Source: Malacoraja senta (Eukaryota). From it: 64,000 nt of DNA. Below the pieces are notes generated by a model, which searched no databases, was not told where the DNA came from, and saw only the letters and a list, made by a program, of their open reading frames with translations. The DNA lies in the NCBI GenBank assembly GCA_038087875.1, contig JAXLNO010000630.1, positions 124,001 to 188,000 of the forward strand. Direction: 5' to 3'. Of this stretch, positions 1-14,028 are shown piece by piece. The position numbers and the translations under genes are program-made. Position 1 is the first letter of the stretch. Every line of letters begins with the position of its first letter.

Positions 1-905
1 TGAACACTTATTAAACGTGCATAAATGTTCGATTAATGTAAGACACACTTTAATACAATTTAAAATTTTACATAGATTATATTATTCGAAAACTAAAATT
101 CATAAAATTTCCCCAAATGTATCATCTATTTGTGATAAATGTCAATCCCAAGAAGCTACTATAGCGCACTCATTCGTTTTTTGTACAAAAATTCAAAAAT
201 GTTGGAATGAAATTTTCGAAATCTTTACAAAATTATTTAAAATAAGACTGATACCCAAAGCAGAATGGATTATCTTCGGAATAACCGAAGATGGTCCAGA
301 ACTAAATGTGTTTCAAAAGAAACTAATAGACTATGGGTTAATAACTGGAAAAAAGCTAATTCTAACATTTTGGAAGAAGGCTCCAATACCAACTATAAAC
401 ATGTGGATTTCAAATATGTTCGAAACTTTACACCTAGAAGAGATAAGACTCCTCCTAGCAGGTAAACCAGATCACTTCCACCTGACGTGGTCTGCATTTA
501 TAGAATTATTACAAATATAGGGTGCAAAGGTACCTTAAAAAAAAAATTGAGGTCAGGTAAGGGGGGATGATAGTTGAAGAGTTGGTATGTCCCATTTGCG
601 TAATGCTCATAAAAATATTTGTTTCTCTCTTTTTCCTCTTTCTCTTTCTCTTTCTTTTCTAGGGTCTATTTCTTAACTCTTTTTCTTTTGTTTTTAATTT
701 TGTTCTTATAGGGTCTTCGTCTTTTTTGGTGTCACATTTTCTACACTCTCACTTTTTCCTTCACTTTCTTCTTTCTTTCAATCTTTTCCTTTTCTAGTGT
801 AAAAAACAAATGGAGTACATTAATTGTAAGAAGACATAAGTGACGAGTACTAATGTATGTGGTTGTAATGTAATGTACTTCTTATAAATAAAAAAATTAA
901 AAACA
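1..905 (+). mobile_element. 3' end of an L1-clade LINE (ORF2 C-terminal Cys/His domain, 3'UTR, A-rich tail)
   Basis: ORF 17-520 has QFKILHRLY...CDKC...HSFVFC, typical of the L1 ORF2 C-terminus. It is followed by a T-rich UTR and aataaaaaaattaaaaa at ~887-903, and abuts a minus-strand L1 tail-to-body. Confidence 0.85.
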
Positions 906-914
906 TATATATAT

Positions 915-3900
915 ATATTATAGCTGTAGAGTTGGTATATAACAGTTTTATCCATGCACAAAATTTCTCGCCCAGCTGCAATTTTTCCATCACCGAAAAT
1001 AAATAGGGCCATTCCACCTGATCAAAAGCTTTTTCAGCATCGAGTGAGATTATTGCTAGATCTTCATTAATATTTCTCTTTGAATATATTATATTAAATA
1101 ATCTTCTTAGATTGTAATATGAATACCGCTTCTGAATAAAACCTGTTTGGTCAGGGTGTATTAGTTTATTCATCACTGTACTTAATCTGTGTGCTAAAAT
1201 TTTGGTTAGTATTTTCTGATCTGTATTTAAAAGTGCAATTGCTCTATATAATCCTGGATCTTCCGGATCCTTATCAGCTTTAGGAATAAGTGTTATTATA
1301 GATTCATTTAAGGTATCTGGAAGTTTCTGTTGAGTATAAATATGTTCATACAGCATTTGTAAACGTGGAGAAAGCAAATCATAATTTTTTTTATAGAATT
1401 CAGAGCCTAAACCATCTGGTCCTACTGCTTTACCATTTTTTAAAGATCCAATAGACTCTTCAATATCTTTTATCGTAATCTCCGCTTCTAATAATTCTCT
1501 ATCTTTTGAATCTAAACCTTTTAAATTACATTTTTGTAAAAAATCTGCTATTCCTTCTGGTTGTACTACAGTTTTAGTTGAGTAAATATTATGATAGTAT
1601 TGGAGAAATCTCTCATTTATATCCTTGGGCAATTTTAATAATTCTCCTGTATCTGCTCTAATTTTATGAATTATTTTTCCCCCCTCCATTTTTTGTAGCT
1701 GACGTGCTAATAGTTTTTGTGGTTTGTCTCCAAACTCAAAATGTAATTGTTTAGTATGTTGATAAAGTTTTATTACTTGTTCTGAATACATTTTGTTTAG
1801 TTTATATTTCAGTACAGCTATCTTTTAGAAAAGATAGACAGGAAAGAAAGGGAGAGGGGTGGCCCTTTTAATAAGGGAGGGAATAACGGCAATAGAGAGG
1901 AAGGATATTGCGTTGAAGGATCAGGATAGTGAAACAGCTTGGGTACAGATAGAGAATAACAAGGGGAAAAAAACACTAGTGGGTGTAATTTATAGACCTC
2001 CAAATAGCTGTGACGCTGTTAGTCAGAACATAAATCTGCAAATAGTTGACGCATGTAAAAAGGGAACTGCTGTAATCATGGGGGACTTCAATTTTCATAT
2101 TAATTGGGCAAACCAAACTGGGCAGGGTAGACTAGAGGAAGAGTTTATAGAATGTATTAGAGACGGGTTCCTAGAACAGTATGTCACAGAACCGACAAGG
2201 AGGGAGGCAATCTTGGATCTGGTCCTGTGTAATGAAGCAGGATTAATTAAAAATGTCATAGTTAGGGACTCGTTGGGAACAAGTGACCACAATATGGTCG
2301 AATTCCATATTCAAATAGAAGGAGAGCAGGTTGAAACTCAGGCTAGGGTACTTAGTCTAAATAAAGGGGATTATGAAGGTATGAGGACTGAGCTGATCAA
2401 AGTTGACTGGGATAGCAGACTCAAGAATAAGACGGTACATGAGCAGTGGTGTACGTTTAAGGATCTACTGTATAACCTTCAAGAAAAATTTATTCCTATG
2501 AAGAAAAAAAGGGGTAAGGGAAAGAACAGTCAGCCATGGCTCAGTAAAACTATAAAGGATAGTATTCGGCTGAAGGCAAGGGCATATAAGGTAGCTAGAG
2601 ATAGTGGGAGGGTAGAGGATTGGGAAGCATTTAAAGGTCAGCAAAAAATAACTAAGAGATTAATTAAGACGGGGAAAATAGTTTATGAAAGGAATTTAGC
2701 GAACAACATAAAAACTAATAGTAGGAGTTTTTATAGCTATATAAAAAGAAAAAGGGTGGCTAAGGTGAACGTTGGTCCATTGGAGGGTGAGACTGGAGAG
2801 TTGTTGGTGGGGAACATGGAAATGGCAAAGGCATTAAACGAGTATTTTGTATCAGTCTTCACCATAGAAGACACAAAAAATATTCCAACGCTGGATAAAC
2901 AGGGGGCGGTAGGAATGGAGGAGCTAAATACTATTAAGATCACCAAGGAGGTGGTATTAGGGAAATTAATGAGACTGAAGGAGGATAAATCCCCTGGGCC
3001 TGATGGATTACATCCAAGGGTCTTGAGGGAGATAGCGGTGGGGATTGTGGATGCATTGGTGATAATTTTCCAAAACTCCCTGGAGGCAGGAACGGTCCCA
3101 GTGGATTGGAAAATGGCCAATGTAACACCTATATTTAAAAAAGGAAGTAAACAGAAGGCGGGTAACTATAGACCAGTTAGTCTAACATCGGTGGTGGGTA
3201 AAATGTTAGAGACAATTATTAAAGAAACACTAACGGGGCACTTGGATAAACATGACTTCATCGGACAGAACCAGCATGGTTTTGTGAAGGGGAAGTCCTG
3301 TTTAACGAATCTGCTCGAATTCTTTGAGGAAGTAACAACCCGGGTGGATAAAGGGGAACCGGTGGATGTGGTATACTTGGACTTCCAAAAGGCTTTTGAC
3401 AAGGTGCCACATAAGAGACTATTGCTAAAAATAAAAAATTATGGGATTGGGGGTAATATATTAGCATGGGTAGAGGATTGGCTAACAAATAGGAAGCAGA
3501 GAGTGGGGATAAATGGTTCATACTCGGGATGGCAACCGGTAACTAGCGGGGTTCCGCAAGGGTCGGTGCTGGGACCCCAGTTGTTCACAATTTATATAAA
3601 TGATTTGGAGGAGGGAACCAAGTGTAATATATCAAAATTTGCGGACGATACAAAAATGGGAGGAAAAGTAGGGGATGAGGAGGATAGGAAGAGTCTGCAA
3701 AAGGATATAGATAAGCTAGGTGAGTGGGCAACAACTTGGCAGATGAAATTTAATACTAATAAATGTGAAGTCATTCACTTTGGGAAAAAAAATGATAGGG
3801 CAAGTTATTTTCTAAATGAGGTGGAGCTGCGTTGTAATGCAACACAAAGGGATCTAGGGGTAGTAGTACATGAATCACTAAAAGTTAGTATGCAGGTGCA

Positions 3901-6900
3901 GCAAGCAATCAGGAAGGCCAATGGAGTTTTGGCCTTTATTGCTAGGGGGATTGAGTATAAAAACACGGAGGTCTTGCTGCAGCTGTACACAGTATTAGTG
4001 AGACCACATTTGGAATACTGTGTACAGTTCTGGGGTCCATACTTAAGAAAGGATGTACTGGCCCTGGAGGCAGTGCAGCGAAGGTTTACAAGATTAATTC
4101 CTGCAATGAGGGGATTGACATATGAGGAAAGGTTAAGTAGGCTGGAACTCTTTGGAGTTTAGAAGAATGAGAGGCGATCTCATTGAAACATATAAGATCG
4201 TGAGGGGCCTTGATCGGGTGGATGCACCGAGGATGTTCCCAATGATCGGGGAAACTAGAACTAGGGGACATAGTTGTAGAATAAGAGGGGGCTCTTTTAA
4301 AACTGAGATGAGGAAGAACTTCTTCACCCAGAGGGTGGTTAATTTATGGAATTCACTGCCCCAGGGAGCAGTGGAAGCAGAAACATTAAATATATTTAAG
4401 TCTAAAATAGATGGTTTTTTAGCTGCCAAGGGGATAAGGGGCTACGGGGAGAGGGCAGGGATATGGACCTAGGTATGGTTAGTATAGTAAGACCTGAGTG
4501 ATCTCCTGGACAAGTGTCGATCGCCTGGATTGGGGTCGGAGAGGAATTTCCCGGATTTTTTTCCCGAATTGGACCTGGGTTTTTATCCGGTTTTTTGCCT
4601 CCCCCAGGAGATCACGCGGTTCTTGGGGTGGAGAGGGGTGATAGCGATATAAAGGGGAGGGTAGTGTCTTGTGTTCTGTGTCTTGTGTCTACTGTTTGTG
4701 GGTAAGGGTGTCTGTTTAGTGTTCAGCCATGAGCGAATGGCGGTGCGGGCTCGATGGGCCTGGTGGTCTACTCTCGCACCTACTTTCTATGTTTCTATGT
4801 TTCTATGTACAGCAATTTTATTATGTTTTAACATAGATGGCATTCTCGCATTTTCTATATCTAGTTGCTTTATTTCCCTTTCCAGTGTTTGTTGTTTAAT
4901 CCGGTTCTATTTGTTATAAAATATTTGGGCAGAAATTAATGCGCCTCGGACAAACGCTTTAAATGTTTCCCAAATAAGAGAGACAGATGTGTCAGGGTTG
5001 TCATTTGCCTCGAAAAATGTTTGAATCTGTTTAATAAGATATTCCTGACATGATCTTTCATTCAATATTTGTGGGTTAAATCTCCAATATGTTTGTTTCT
5101 CGGACATTCCATTTAATTTAATCATTAATGTTACAGGTGCGTGGTCTGAGATTATAATATTATGGTATTTTGAGTTATAAGTAAATGGGATAAACATGGA
5201 GTCAACTAAAAAATAATCTATTCTTGAGTATGTTTTATGTACCAGTGAGTAAAATGAGTATTCCCGTCCAGTTGGGTTTTCAATTCTCCAGACATCCTTA
5301 ATATTAGTGGTATTAATAAATGAATTTAAAAATACACTTGATTGAGATTTTACTTTTTTTTGCCTTGATGATCTAACTAAATAAGAGTCCAATGTACAAT
5401 TGAAATCTCCTCCAATTATTAATTATATTGTGTAAATTCTGGAATTATATTAAATGTTTTATTAAAAAACATAGGATTATCAAAATTAGGTCCATATACA
5501 TTAAGAAGAATCACTTTTATCCCATTTAACTCTCCAACTAATATAATATATCTACCATCTATATCTGCTATTGTTGATGAATGTGTAAAAGGTATTCCTT
5601 TACGAATTAATATTGCAACTCCTCTGGACTTGTGTGAAAAAGAGGCATGATACGATTCAGCAATCCACTTAGCTTTAAGTCTATATTGTGATTCATTTTT
5701 AAGATGTGTTTCTTGGAGGAATATTATAGCTGTCTTGAGTGAATTTAAATGTGTTAAAACTTTACCTCTCTTAATTGGTTCATTGATTCCCTTAACATTC
5801 CAACTACAAAACGTTATTCCTTCACCCCCTCTTGTCATATTACCATCTTACATATTGTTTTAGGGTGGTCTATAGCCGAGCAGAAGGTACAACACATAAA
5901 ACCTGACCTTGTCCCCGAACCTCAGATAGATGAATTTTAAATAACATACTTCGCTCCTCCGAACACATCTCCTTGAATTAACCTTGTAGTTCCATTCAAA
6001 CTTAAAATTATAACAATTAAAGTGAAAAAAGTGATATAGTTGATTAGTATAGGGTGAAAGAAAAAAAACTACAACTACAATTAGTGTAGTTAGTGTTAGC
6101 CACACTAGCATGGCTAGAATTCTAAAGACTTCCGTAGCCTTTTATTTCTAACAATCAAATAACTTCTTTGGGAGTTGCAAAATTTCTGGTTTTTTTTAAA
6201 AAACAAAAAAGGTAAACAACAGTAAAAGTTACCAATGTTATTATTCTCTAAATACCATATTAATATCTTCTTTAAGTGTATATTTTTAATTTTTAATTGA
6301 AAAATAAAGAGGAAAACCATCAACCCTTATTAATACATGGGCTAAATTACCTATTACTTATATTCCTATGGAATATATGTATGTAATCTATTTCTACGTT
6401 AACCAGAAACTGTTAGTTATTAATCATTGTTATTAATCATACACGGTAAAAATATTTATGAATAATATAGATTTAGTAATTTTAATAGTAATATTGATAT
6501 TTAATGTATTAGTAGTTACATATATGGTTAAATATGAAAATACTAAATAATAATAGTGATTAGTAACAATTGATCGTAACTGTGATATTATTGTTCTTAG
6601 AGTTTATACTAAACGCGAAGAATGAATTAAAAAAATTAGAGATATTAGGAGAAATTTTAAAAAAACAACCCGAGAATCAAAAAAACCCAGGTTTTCTCCA
6701 ATGTCCATTTCAATTTTCAAACGTCCTTAAAGCTCTTAAAAGTACTTTAAAGATCCTTTTAGACCTGGCGAGGTCCCGTTATTCCTTGACTCCTGAGGAG
6801 TGATGTATATTGTTCAGTCTGCGGTCACATTCCCGCTGTCTTTGGCGAATTCCAGTGCTTTTTCATGGTCTGTAAAAAATTGCTCCTTGCTCATGTAGGT

Positions 6901-7927
6901 GACTCTTAATGTTGCAGGATAAAGCAAGCCATATCTCAAATCCGCTATATTCTTCAGTATTCTTTTTGTCTCAGTAAACAGCGCTCTTTTCTTGAAGACC
7001 TCTTCTTGAAGACCTTTTCTTGATAGTCTCTGTAGATACTGATCCTCACTCCTTCAAAAGAGAGGTCTCTGGTACGGGCAATTTTCTTCATTATATCGTC
7101 AAATTCATGATCAAGTTGCACCTTTACTATAATTTGTCTTGGGTAGGCATCATCTCGTGTACGACGCCCCTGCGCTCTATGTGCTCGACCAAGTAAAGGT
7201 TTTTGATCCAACTTTAAGGCTTTTTGTAGTCTATCTGCCACAAAATCCCGAGTGCCCATATCCCTCTCACTTCCTTCTTTCACACCTACAATTCTTAAGT
7301 TCTGGCGTCTTTGACGCCCCTCCAGGTCGATACACTTTCCACTTAATTTAGTCACCATTTCGGAGAGGCGTTGATTTTCGGTAAGGAGTCGATTTACAGT
7401 TTCTGCACTTGTCGCCACACATTTCTCAAGTTCAGTTATCGCTATAATATGTTGCTTCAGTGTCTGATGGATAGGGTCAATCTCTCCCTTAAGGCTCGAT
7501 TACACCAAAGCGATCCTGCCTTCCACCTCTTCCATCTGATCATTGACCTCGTCGTCCCTCGACCTCTTCCAGACTTCCAATATATCCTGAACGGTAGAGA
7601 GCATTTCTGCTTTAAAATCTACCTTAAAAGAGTTAAGTTCCTCTTTAAAATTCAGCTTTCCATCAAAGGTTTTCAGCTGTGTTTGAATATTTTTTATCTC
7701 ATTGGAGATAAAGTTTTTAAGTTCATCCATTTCAGATTTTTTTTGCTTTGGTTTCTTCGATGGGTCTTCCTGGAGCATCGTTGTACCTGAGGCCGAGGCC
7801 TCGGTTGGGCCTACCTCTTCCGTCGGTTGTCTCGCTTTACCGGCTTTTTTTGCCACCCTGGGGGGGGGGGGGGTATGTTGTATCGACATACCGGTAAAGT
7901 CGCACGCCTGATGACGTCACTCGCAGC
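915..7927 (-). mobile_element. L1-clade LINE copy 1 (5'UTR, ORF1, long AT-rich spacer, ORF2 EN-RT), disrupted and interrupted by CR1
   Basis: ORF1 pieces 7500-7889 and 6954-7418 (RRQNLRIVGVKEG, RAHR). APE endonuclease at 5419-5838 and 4907-5392 (SWNVKG, LQETH, SRIDYF, ISDHAP). RT at 850-1791 (KAVGPDG, DQTGF, SLDAEKAFD). Frameshifts at ~5419 and ~7000. Confidence 0.92.
1819..4806 (+). mobile_element. CR1-clade LINE, 5'-truncated, near-complete ORF2
   Basis: ORF 1859-4162 (YRPP, MGDFN, SDHN, KSPGPDG, GVPQGSVLGP, FADD) continues after a frameshift in 4152-4472. It has a (TTTCTATG)n tail and a 7-bp TSD gtacagc at 1812-1818 and 4807-4813. Absent from the duplicate (empty site ~45662). Confidence 0.95.
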
Positions 7928-7931
7928 AGGC

Positions 7932-8750
7932 ATTTTCTTTATTTTTAAACTGTACCTGGTTCCTTGTCAGCCACGGTCGCCCTTTACTCTCCTTGGAATA
8001 TTTCTTTGTCTTTGGAATGAACTGATCCTGCACCTTCTGTATTATTCCCAGAAATACCTACCAATGTTGTTCCACTGTCATGCCTGCTATGGTATCTTTC
8101 CAGTCAACTTTGGCCAGCTCCTCCCTCATGGCTCCATAGTGCCCTTTATTCAACTGTAACACTGACACCTCCAATTTACCCTTCTCCCTCTCCAATTGTA
8201 GATTAAACTTGACAATATTATGGTCACTACCTCCTAATGGCTCCTTAACCTCAAGCTGCTTTATCAAATCCGGTTCTTTACATAACACTAAATCCAGAAT
8301 TGCCTTCTCCTTGGTAGGCTCCAATACAAGCTGCTCTAAGAATCCATCACGGAGACACTCCACAAAGTCCCTCTCTTGGGATCCAGTACCAACCTGATTT
8401 TCCAAGCCTACCTGCATGTTGAAATCTCCCATATCACTATTACCTTAATTACATGCCAATTTTAACTCCTGAATGGACTTGCACCGTATATTCAGGCTAC
8501 TGTTTGGGGGCCTGTTGATGTCCCATTAGGTATTTTTACCCTTACAATTCCTTAGTTCTATCCATACTGACTCCACATCTCCTGTTTCAATGTCACCCCC
8601 TGCAAGGGACTGAATTTCATTCCTCACCAACAGAGCTACCCCACCACCTCTGCCCACCTTGTCTGTCTTTTCGATAGGAGGTATATCCTTGAATATTCAG
8701 TTCCCATCCCTGGCCCTTTTGCTGCACTGTCTCTGTAATTCCCACAAAAA
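7932..8750 (-). mobile_element. CR1 endonuclease-region fragment
   Basis: ORF 8058-8432 MGDFN...EPLGGSDHNIVKF. Duplicated at ~48950-49770. Confidence 0.85.
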
Positions 8751-9939
8751 GTCGTGCGCATGAGATTAGATTTAGTTTTAGACATGCAGAGTGTAAACAG
8801 GCCCTTCAGCCTACCGAGTCTGCAAAGGATATTTAAAATAAAAGGGCTGTTTAAAGTTCGCAAGCTGACTCTTTAAAAAAAAAAATCGAATTGGAAGGAA
8901 AAGTGAAGAATTATGATGAAAATGTTCCCAAGAACATTCCGGGGAGCACTTGGTAATTTTGATAACCAATTCGACAGAGATTTTTGTGTCTCCAATTCAT
9001 GCTTCAAAGATGCAAAAAGTTGTGTTTACAAGTGAAACTTTGACAAAGTCGAACCCTATTTTAAAAGAATTTTAAATTAAAAGGAGTCTGCAGATGCTGT
9101 AAAGGAGTTCATGTGGAAGAATTAGCAACGGTTGAACAAGCCAATTTATTTCATTTGAAGTGAAGATGCAATTTGTCTAATTTCAATTAGTTTGCCTGAC
9201 CAATGGTTATTTGCCCAGCCACAAAGCTATACTTGTTCTCACCCCAACAACAAAAAAAGCATGATTCGACCAAAACTGAATAGATTATTCTGCAGAGGCA
9301 TTATTTAAGACTCGGCTGTACGCTGTTCTGTATCCAACATTCCAAAAGCACTCCCATAATTAACCCGTTTAAGAAGGAACTGCTGATGCTGGAAAAATCG
9401 AAGGCAGACAAAAATGCTGGAGAAACTCAGTGGCTGAGGCAGCTTGCATCTAGACGATGCCTCACTTGCTGAGTTACTCCAGCATTTTTGTTTACCATAA
9501 TTAACTCACTCCCTTCACCCAGGAGGTGGGTATATGGAACAAGCTGCCAGAGGAAGTAGTGGAGGCTGGTGCAATGGCATTTAGAAGACATTTGGACAGG
9601 ACTATTTGGACTAATTGTCTGTTTCTCTAATATATACTGAACTTTTTTTGCTGTTTAGTAAGGGTTTTACAGTGCAATATGTTTACACTACTGTTGTGCT
9701 GCTACGTAACCCGCTCCATGACACACTGAGGAGCACCTTCAGCAACAGACTATTTCCACCAAGATGCAGCATAGAATGCCACAGGAGATCATGTTTCCCC
9801 ATGGCTATCAAACTGTACAACTCCATCCACTTCTATCATGGGGTAGTCTCCCACCCCTCCCCCTCCCCAATCTTTGCACATCCTCAATCCTTTCCACTCG
9901 TCACTTTAATTTCCTGTTTCATGTTTAGTTTATTTTAGT

Positions 9940-10280
9940 TTAGTTTAGAGATACAGCACGGAAATAGGCCCTTTGGCTCACCAGGCCCGCGCCGACCAGT
10001 GATCCACGCACATTAACACTAACCAGCGATCATCCCCGTACACTAGCACTACTCCACACACTAGGGACAATTATAATGTTACCAAAGCCAATTAACCTAT
10101 AAACCTCCACGTCTTTGGAGTGTTGTAGGATATCGAAGATCTTGGAGAAAACCCACGCAAGTCACGGGGAGAACGTACAAACTCCGTAGACACAGCACCC
10201 GTAATCGGGATCGAACCTGGGTCTCCGGCGTTGCATTTGCGGTAAGGTAGCAATTCTACCGCTGCGCCACCATGACCGCC
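9940..10280 (-). mobile_element. tRNA-derived V-SINE (HE1-like)
   Basis: Reverse complement has a tRNA-like head (ggtggcgcagcggtaga...ggttcgatccc) and the central ggagtttgtacgttctccccgtgac domain. Similar copies at ~12845-13105, ~27790-27900, ~36865-37250, ~50975-51305 and ~53750-54010. Confidence 0.75.
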
Positions 10281-11542
10281 TTTACCTTGTGTTTTATGAC
10301 TGTTTGCAGATCAATTTCTGTCCTGGGATAGATAAAGTTCTATCGTATCATAAAAAAGTATTTAATTGTTAATTTTGGGACATATGACAATGAAGCACTC
10401 TTGACAGATACATGGATTGGATAGGTATGGAGAGATATGGAGCATATTCAGCCAGATGGGACCAGTGTAGATGGAGCATCTTGGTCAATGTGGGCAAGAC
10501 AAAATGTGCAGGAACAGCAGATGCTGGTTTACACTGAAGAAAGACACAAAATGCTGGAGAAACTTAGCGGGACAGCCAGATTACAACTCAGCGATATGAA
10601 TATTAATTTCTCCAACTTCAAATAACCCTTGCCTTCCCTCTCTCTCCATCCCTCCCCCACCCTAGTTCAACTAGCTTCACTGTCCTGCGAAATATCACCT
10701 ATCCATGTTCTCCAGAGATGCTGCCTGACCCGCTGAGTAAGTGCAGCATTCTGTGAAACGTCACCTATCCATGTTCTCCAGCGATGCTCCCTGACATTTG
10801 CCGTTTCACATTGGGACCCTTTTGGTTTGAGTGGGCCAGTGGCGTAGAGAAGCCAAGACAGTTGTTGCACCACCAGTGGATATAAAAGGTCCAGAGAGGG
10901 TAGAAGGCTGGGTAGGGGGTAAGGCAGGGCGGGGGGGGGGGGAGAGGTGAGGGGAATGTTTGAGACTGGAGACAGGATTGTCACTGGATGGATAGGATTC
11001 TCTCCCATAAAGAAAAGCTCAGAGGTGGCAGAAGAGCCCTACGTCCCTATGTTCCCGAAGTCGGGGGAGTCCAGAACCAGGGGGTCACAGTTTAAGAATA
11101 AGACCCGCTGAGTCACTCCACCGTTTATATAGGTCTAGTAACAGATTCAGATCTACCTTAGATCTCCTCTTGTAAGTCTTCTTGCCGCTCTCCTTTTTCA
11201 CCGGCATTCTCGAAACTCCTTGCTTGGGTTATTGATCCACACCATGAAGGTTAGAGTTTCGACCTCTAGTAGCTGCCAGCTGTTTCAATGCCTGGCAGAA
11301 TGGGTATGGTGTACCCACTTCAAGTTGACAGATGAAATGGAGCCCGTCTCTCATGGTTACGGATGCAGTTCACTGTGAGGTCACCGGCCAGGCACATTAT
11401 GAGGTCACCTCTGATTATGATGGTTTACAAACTTGCGATCTTACGAATGGAAGGCAGGCCCAGAAGGAAATAAACCACTTCACCATATGACCGTCACAGT
11501 GGTTATAACCAACTGGACTCAAATGTTAGAGACAAGGAACTC

Positions 11543-11855
11543 AGTTCAGTTGAGTTTATTGTCACGTGTACAGAGAAAAGCTTTTTGTCACGTGTTAAAA
11601 ACAGTCAGCAGAAAGACAATACATGATTACATATGAGCCATTTACAGTGTATAAATACATGGTAAGGGAATAACGTTTAGTGCAAGATAAAGCCAGCAAA
11701 GTCTGATCAAGGATAGTCCGAGGGTCACCAATGAGGTAGATAGTAGTTCAGCACTCATCTCTGGTTGTGGTAGGATGAATCAGTTGCCTGATAACAGCTG
11801 GAAAGCAACTGTCCCTGAATCTGGAGGTGTGCGTATTCACACTTCTGTACCTTTA
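11543..11855 (-). mobile_element. Rex/Babar-type LINE 3' fragment
   Basis: Minus strand encodes a degenerate RFRDS.FPAVIRQL terminus followed by gacaataaa and a short tandem tail. Confidence 0.6.
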
Positions 11856-11857
11856 CT

Positions 11858-12377
11858 AATTTGAGGAAGGACATTCTTGCTGCTGAGGGAGTGCAGCGTA
11901 GGTTAACCAGGTTAATTCCTAGGATGGCGCGACTGACATATGATGAAAGAATGGGTCGTCTGGGCTTGTATTTGCTGGAATTGAGAAGCATGAGAGGGGA
12001 TCTTATAGAAACATATACAATTCTTAAAGGAGTGAAGGCTAGATGCAGGAACAATGTTCCCGATGTTGGGGGAGTCCAGAACCAGGGGTCACAGTTTAAG
12101 AATAACGGGTTAGGTCATTTAGGACTCAGAAGAGGGAAAACTTTTTCACGCAGAAAATCTGTGGAATTCTCTGCCACAGAAGGCAGTGGAGGCCAGTTCA
12201 CTGGATGTTTGCAAGAGAGAGTTGGATGTGGCTCTTAGGGCTAACAGAATCAAGGAATATGGGGAGATAGCAGGAATGGTGTATTGATTTTGGATGATCA
12301 GCCATGATCATATTGAAAGGCGGTGCTGGCTCGAATGGCCGAATGGCCTACCCCTGCACCTATTTTCTATGTTTCTA
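11858..12377 (+). mobile_element. CR1 3' fragment
   Basis: ORF 11861-12238 LRKDILAAEGVQRRLTRLIP...RGDLIETY, ending in tttctatgtttcta. Duplicated at ~52778-53285. Confidence 0.85.
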
Positions 12378-14028
12378 CATCATGGTGAGTCCAGCACTCG
12401 TTGATGTCTGGTCCTGAAGAAGGGTCCCGCTGAGTTACTCCAGCACTCTGTTTCTTCATGGTCTGGCTGGTGTCTTGCTTATATGAAAGAGCTACATTGC
12501 CAATGCACACAAGCTCCAACTTTGCTGTCAACATGAAACTGTTGACAGTTCAAGAAATTAAATACGTTGATGAAGCCCGAGTGATGGACAAGATAATGCT
12601 TCACAGGAGAAAGTTAAATCTGCATTGAATTAAACCCCACTTGTAGAAATTAAACTAAAGGAAGATGTTTCCAAAAGTTATAAGCTTGATTCTATTACTC
12701 CAGAAGTGAAGGGCAGGTGGGGGAGAGTCTAAGGCAATTACACCCCTTCATATGATCAACACAAGGGATAAGAGGTTGGCTTAATCTACTTAGATCTGTC
12801 AAGAAATAAAAGGCAAACAATATTAAATCTCAAGTGTTTTCATTTTGAGATACAGTGCGGCAACGGGCCCTTTGGCCCATCGAGTCCACGCCGACAAGCA
12901 TTCACCTGTACACCCGCACTATCCTACACACTGGGGACTTTTTACCAAAGCCAATTAACCTACAAACCTGCACGTCTTTGCAGTGTGGAAGGAAACCTGA
13001 GCACCTGGAGAAAACCCACGCGGGTCATGGGGAGAACATACAAACTCTGTACAGAGAGCACCCGGGTCTCCCGCGCTGTGAAGCAGCAACTCTACCGCTG
13101 CACCACCCTACCTTGTTGGGGAAAAATACTTAAAAAGCAGCAGAATATTTTTGACATTTACCAAATGAGAGTTGTTTATAGTCAAAGCATGTGTAGTTTG
13201 TTCCTGGCACGAAAATACTAATGCTTTAACAGTTTCACATTTAACTCTATAAACCTAAAGACTCCACTGTTGGAATGCAATTCAATATTTGACAAATCTG
13301 AACACCACAACAGACAGATATAAATCACACAGAGGGATTACTGGAGTGCATTTTCCCTTTGTAGTCCCTGAGAATTCAGTGGCAGTGGCAGTGGCGGATG
13401 GTTGTTCTGATGTTCTAAGCCATACCAATCCAGATATGATTGAATGACGGAGAGGACTTGATGTGCCAAATGGAGAAGGAACATCTCATTGGGTTTTAAA
13501 GTTTGCAGAGGGCTAACATACAACTCCCTTAGCATCAAGTGTATTGATCGGCATGGTGGCGCAGCGATAGACTAAGAGTTGCTGCCTTACAATTCCTTCC
13601 TACACATTTTGAACGTGTTTTGAATGTTTACCTCATGCATTCCAAAAGATTTGAGGCAGACATTACTGCTTCAGTTCGAGCAGAGAGCTCAGATTCTACT
13701 TTGCACTTGACCAAAAACCAGAAGGTATTTTACTTGTCTAAATGTCTCACCCAGCTAGATTTTAAAATAAGCCTGCATTTTTCAACGTGGTTTAAGTGGA
13801 AAACTACAATTTTACTTCGGAGTCACGTGAGTGACTACATGAAGAAGGCCGTCAAGCAGCATGCATGCCATTACGACTGACGCATTGCGCAACGACTGAC
13901 TGGTGGGCGCGTCGCTCCTTCCAGCGGTAAGTTTAAAACGCTCAGGTAAGTGCTTATACTTTATCTGAGGTCGTTGCTCCCGGTTCGTTTACTGTTTGTT
14001 CACAGAGTACTCGAACTTTGCGGAGAAT

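Noticed and set aside
1..7927. Single L1 with twin-priming inversion
   Set aside because: The A-tail points into the body of the minus-strand copy, which continues uninterrupted in the duplicate. Two separate elements fit better.
10195..10280. tRNA gene
   Set aside because: It is the A/B-box head of a SINE and continues into the SINE body.
13364..13396. gtccctgagaattcagtggcagtggcagtggc resembles Ig V-region VPERFSGSGSG
   Set aside because: It needs a frameshift, has no flanking WYQQ, YYC or RSS, and is explained by a (cagtgg)3 microrepeat.
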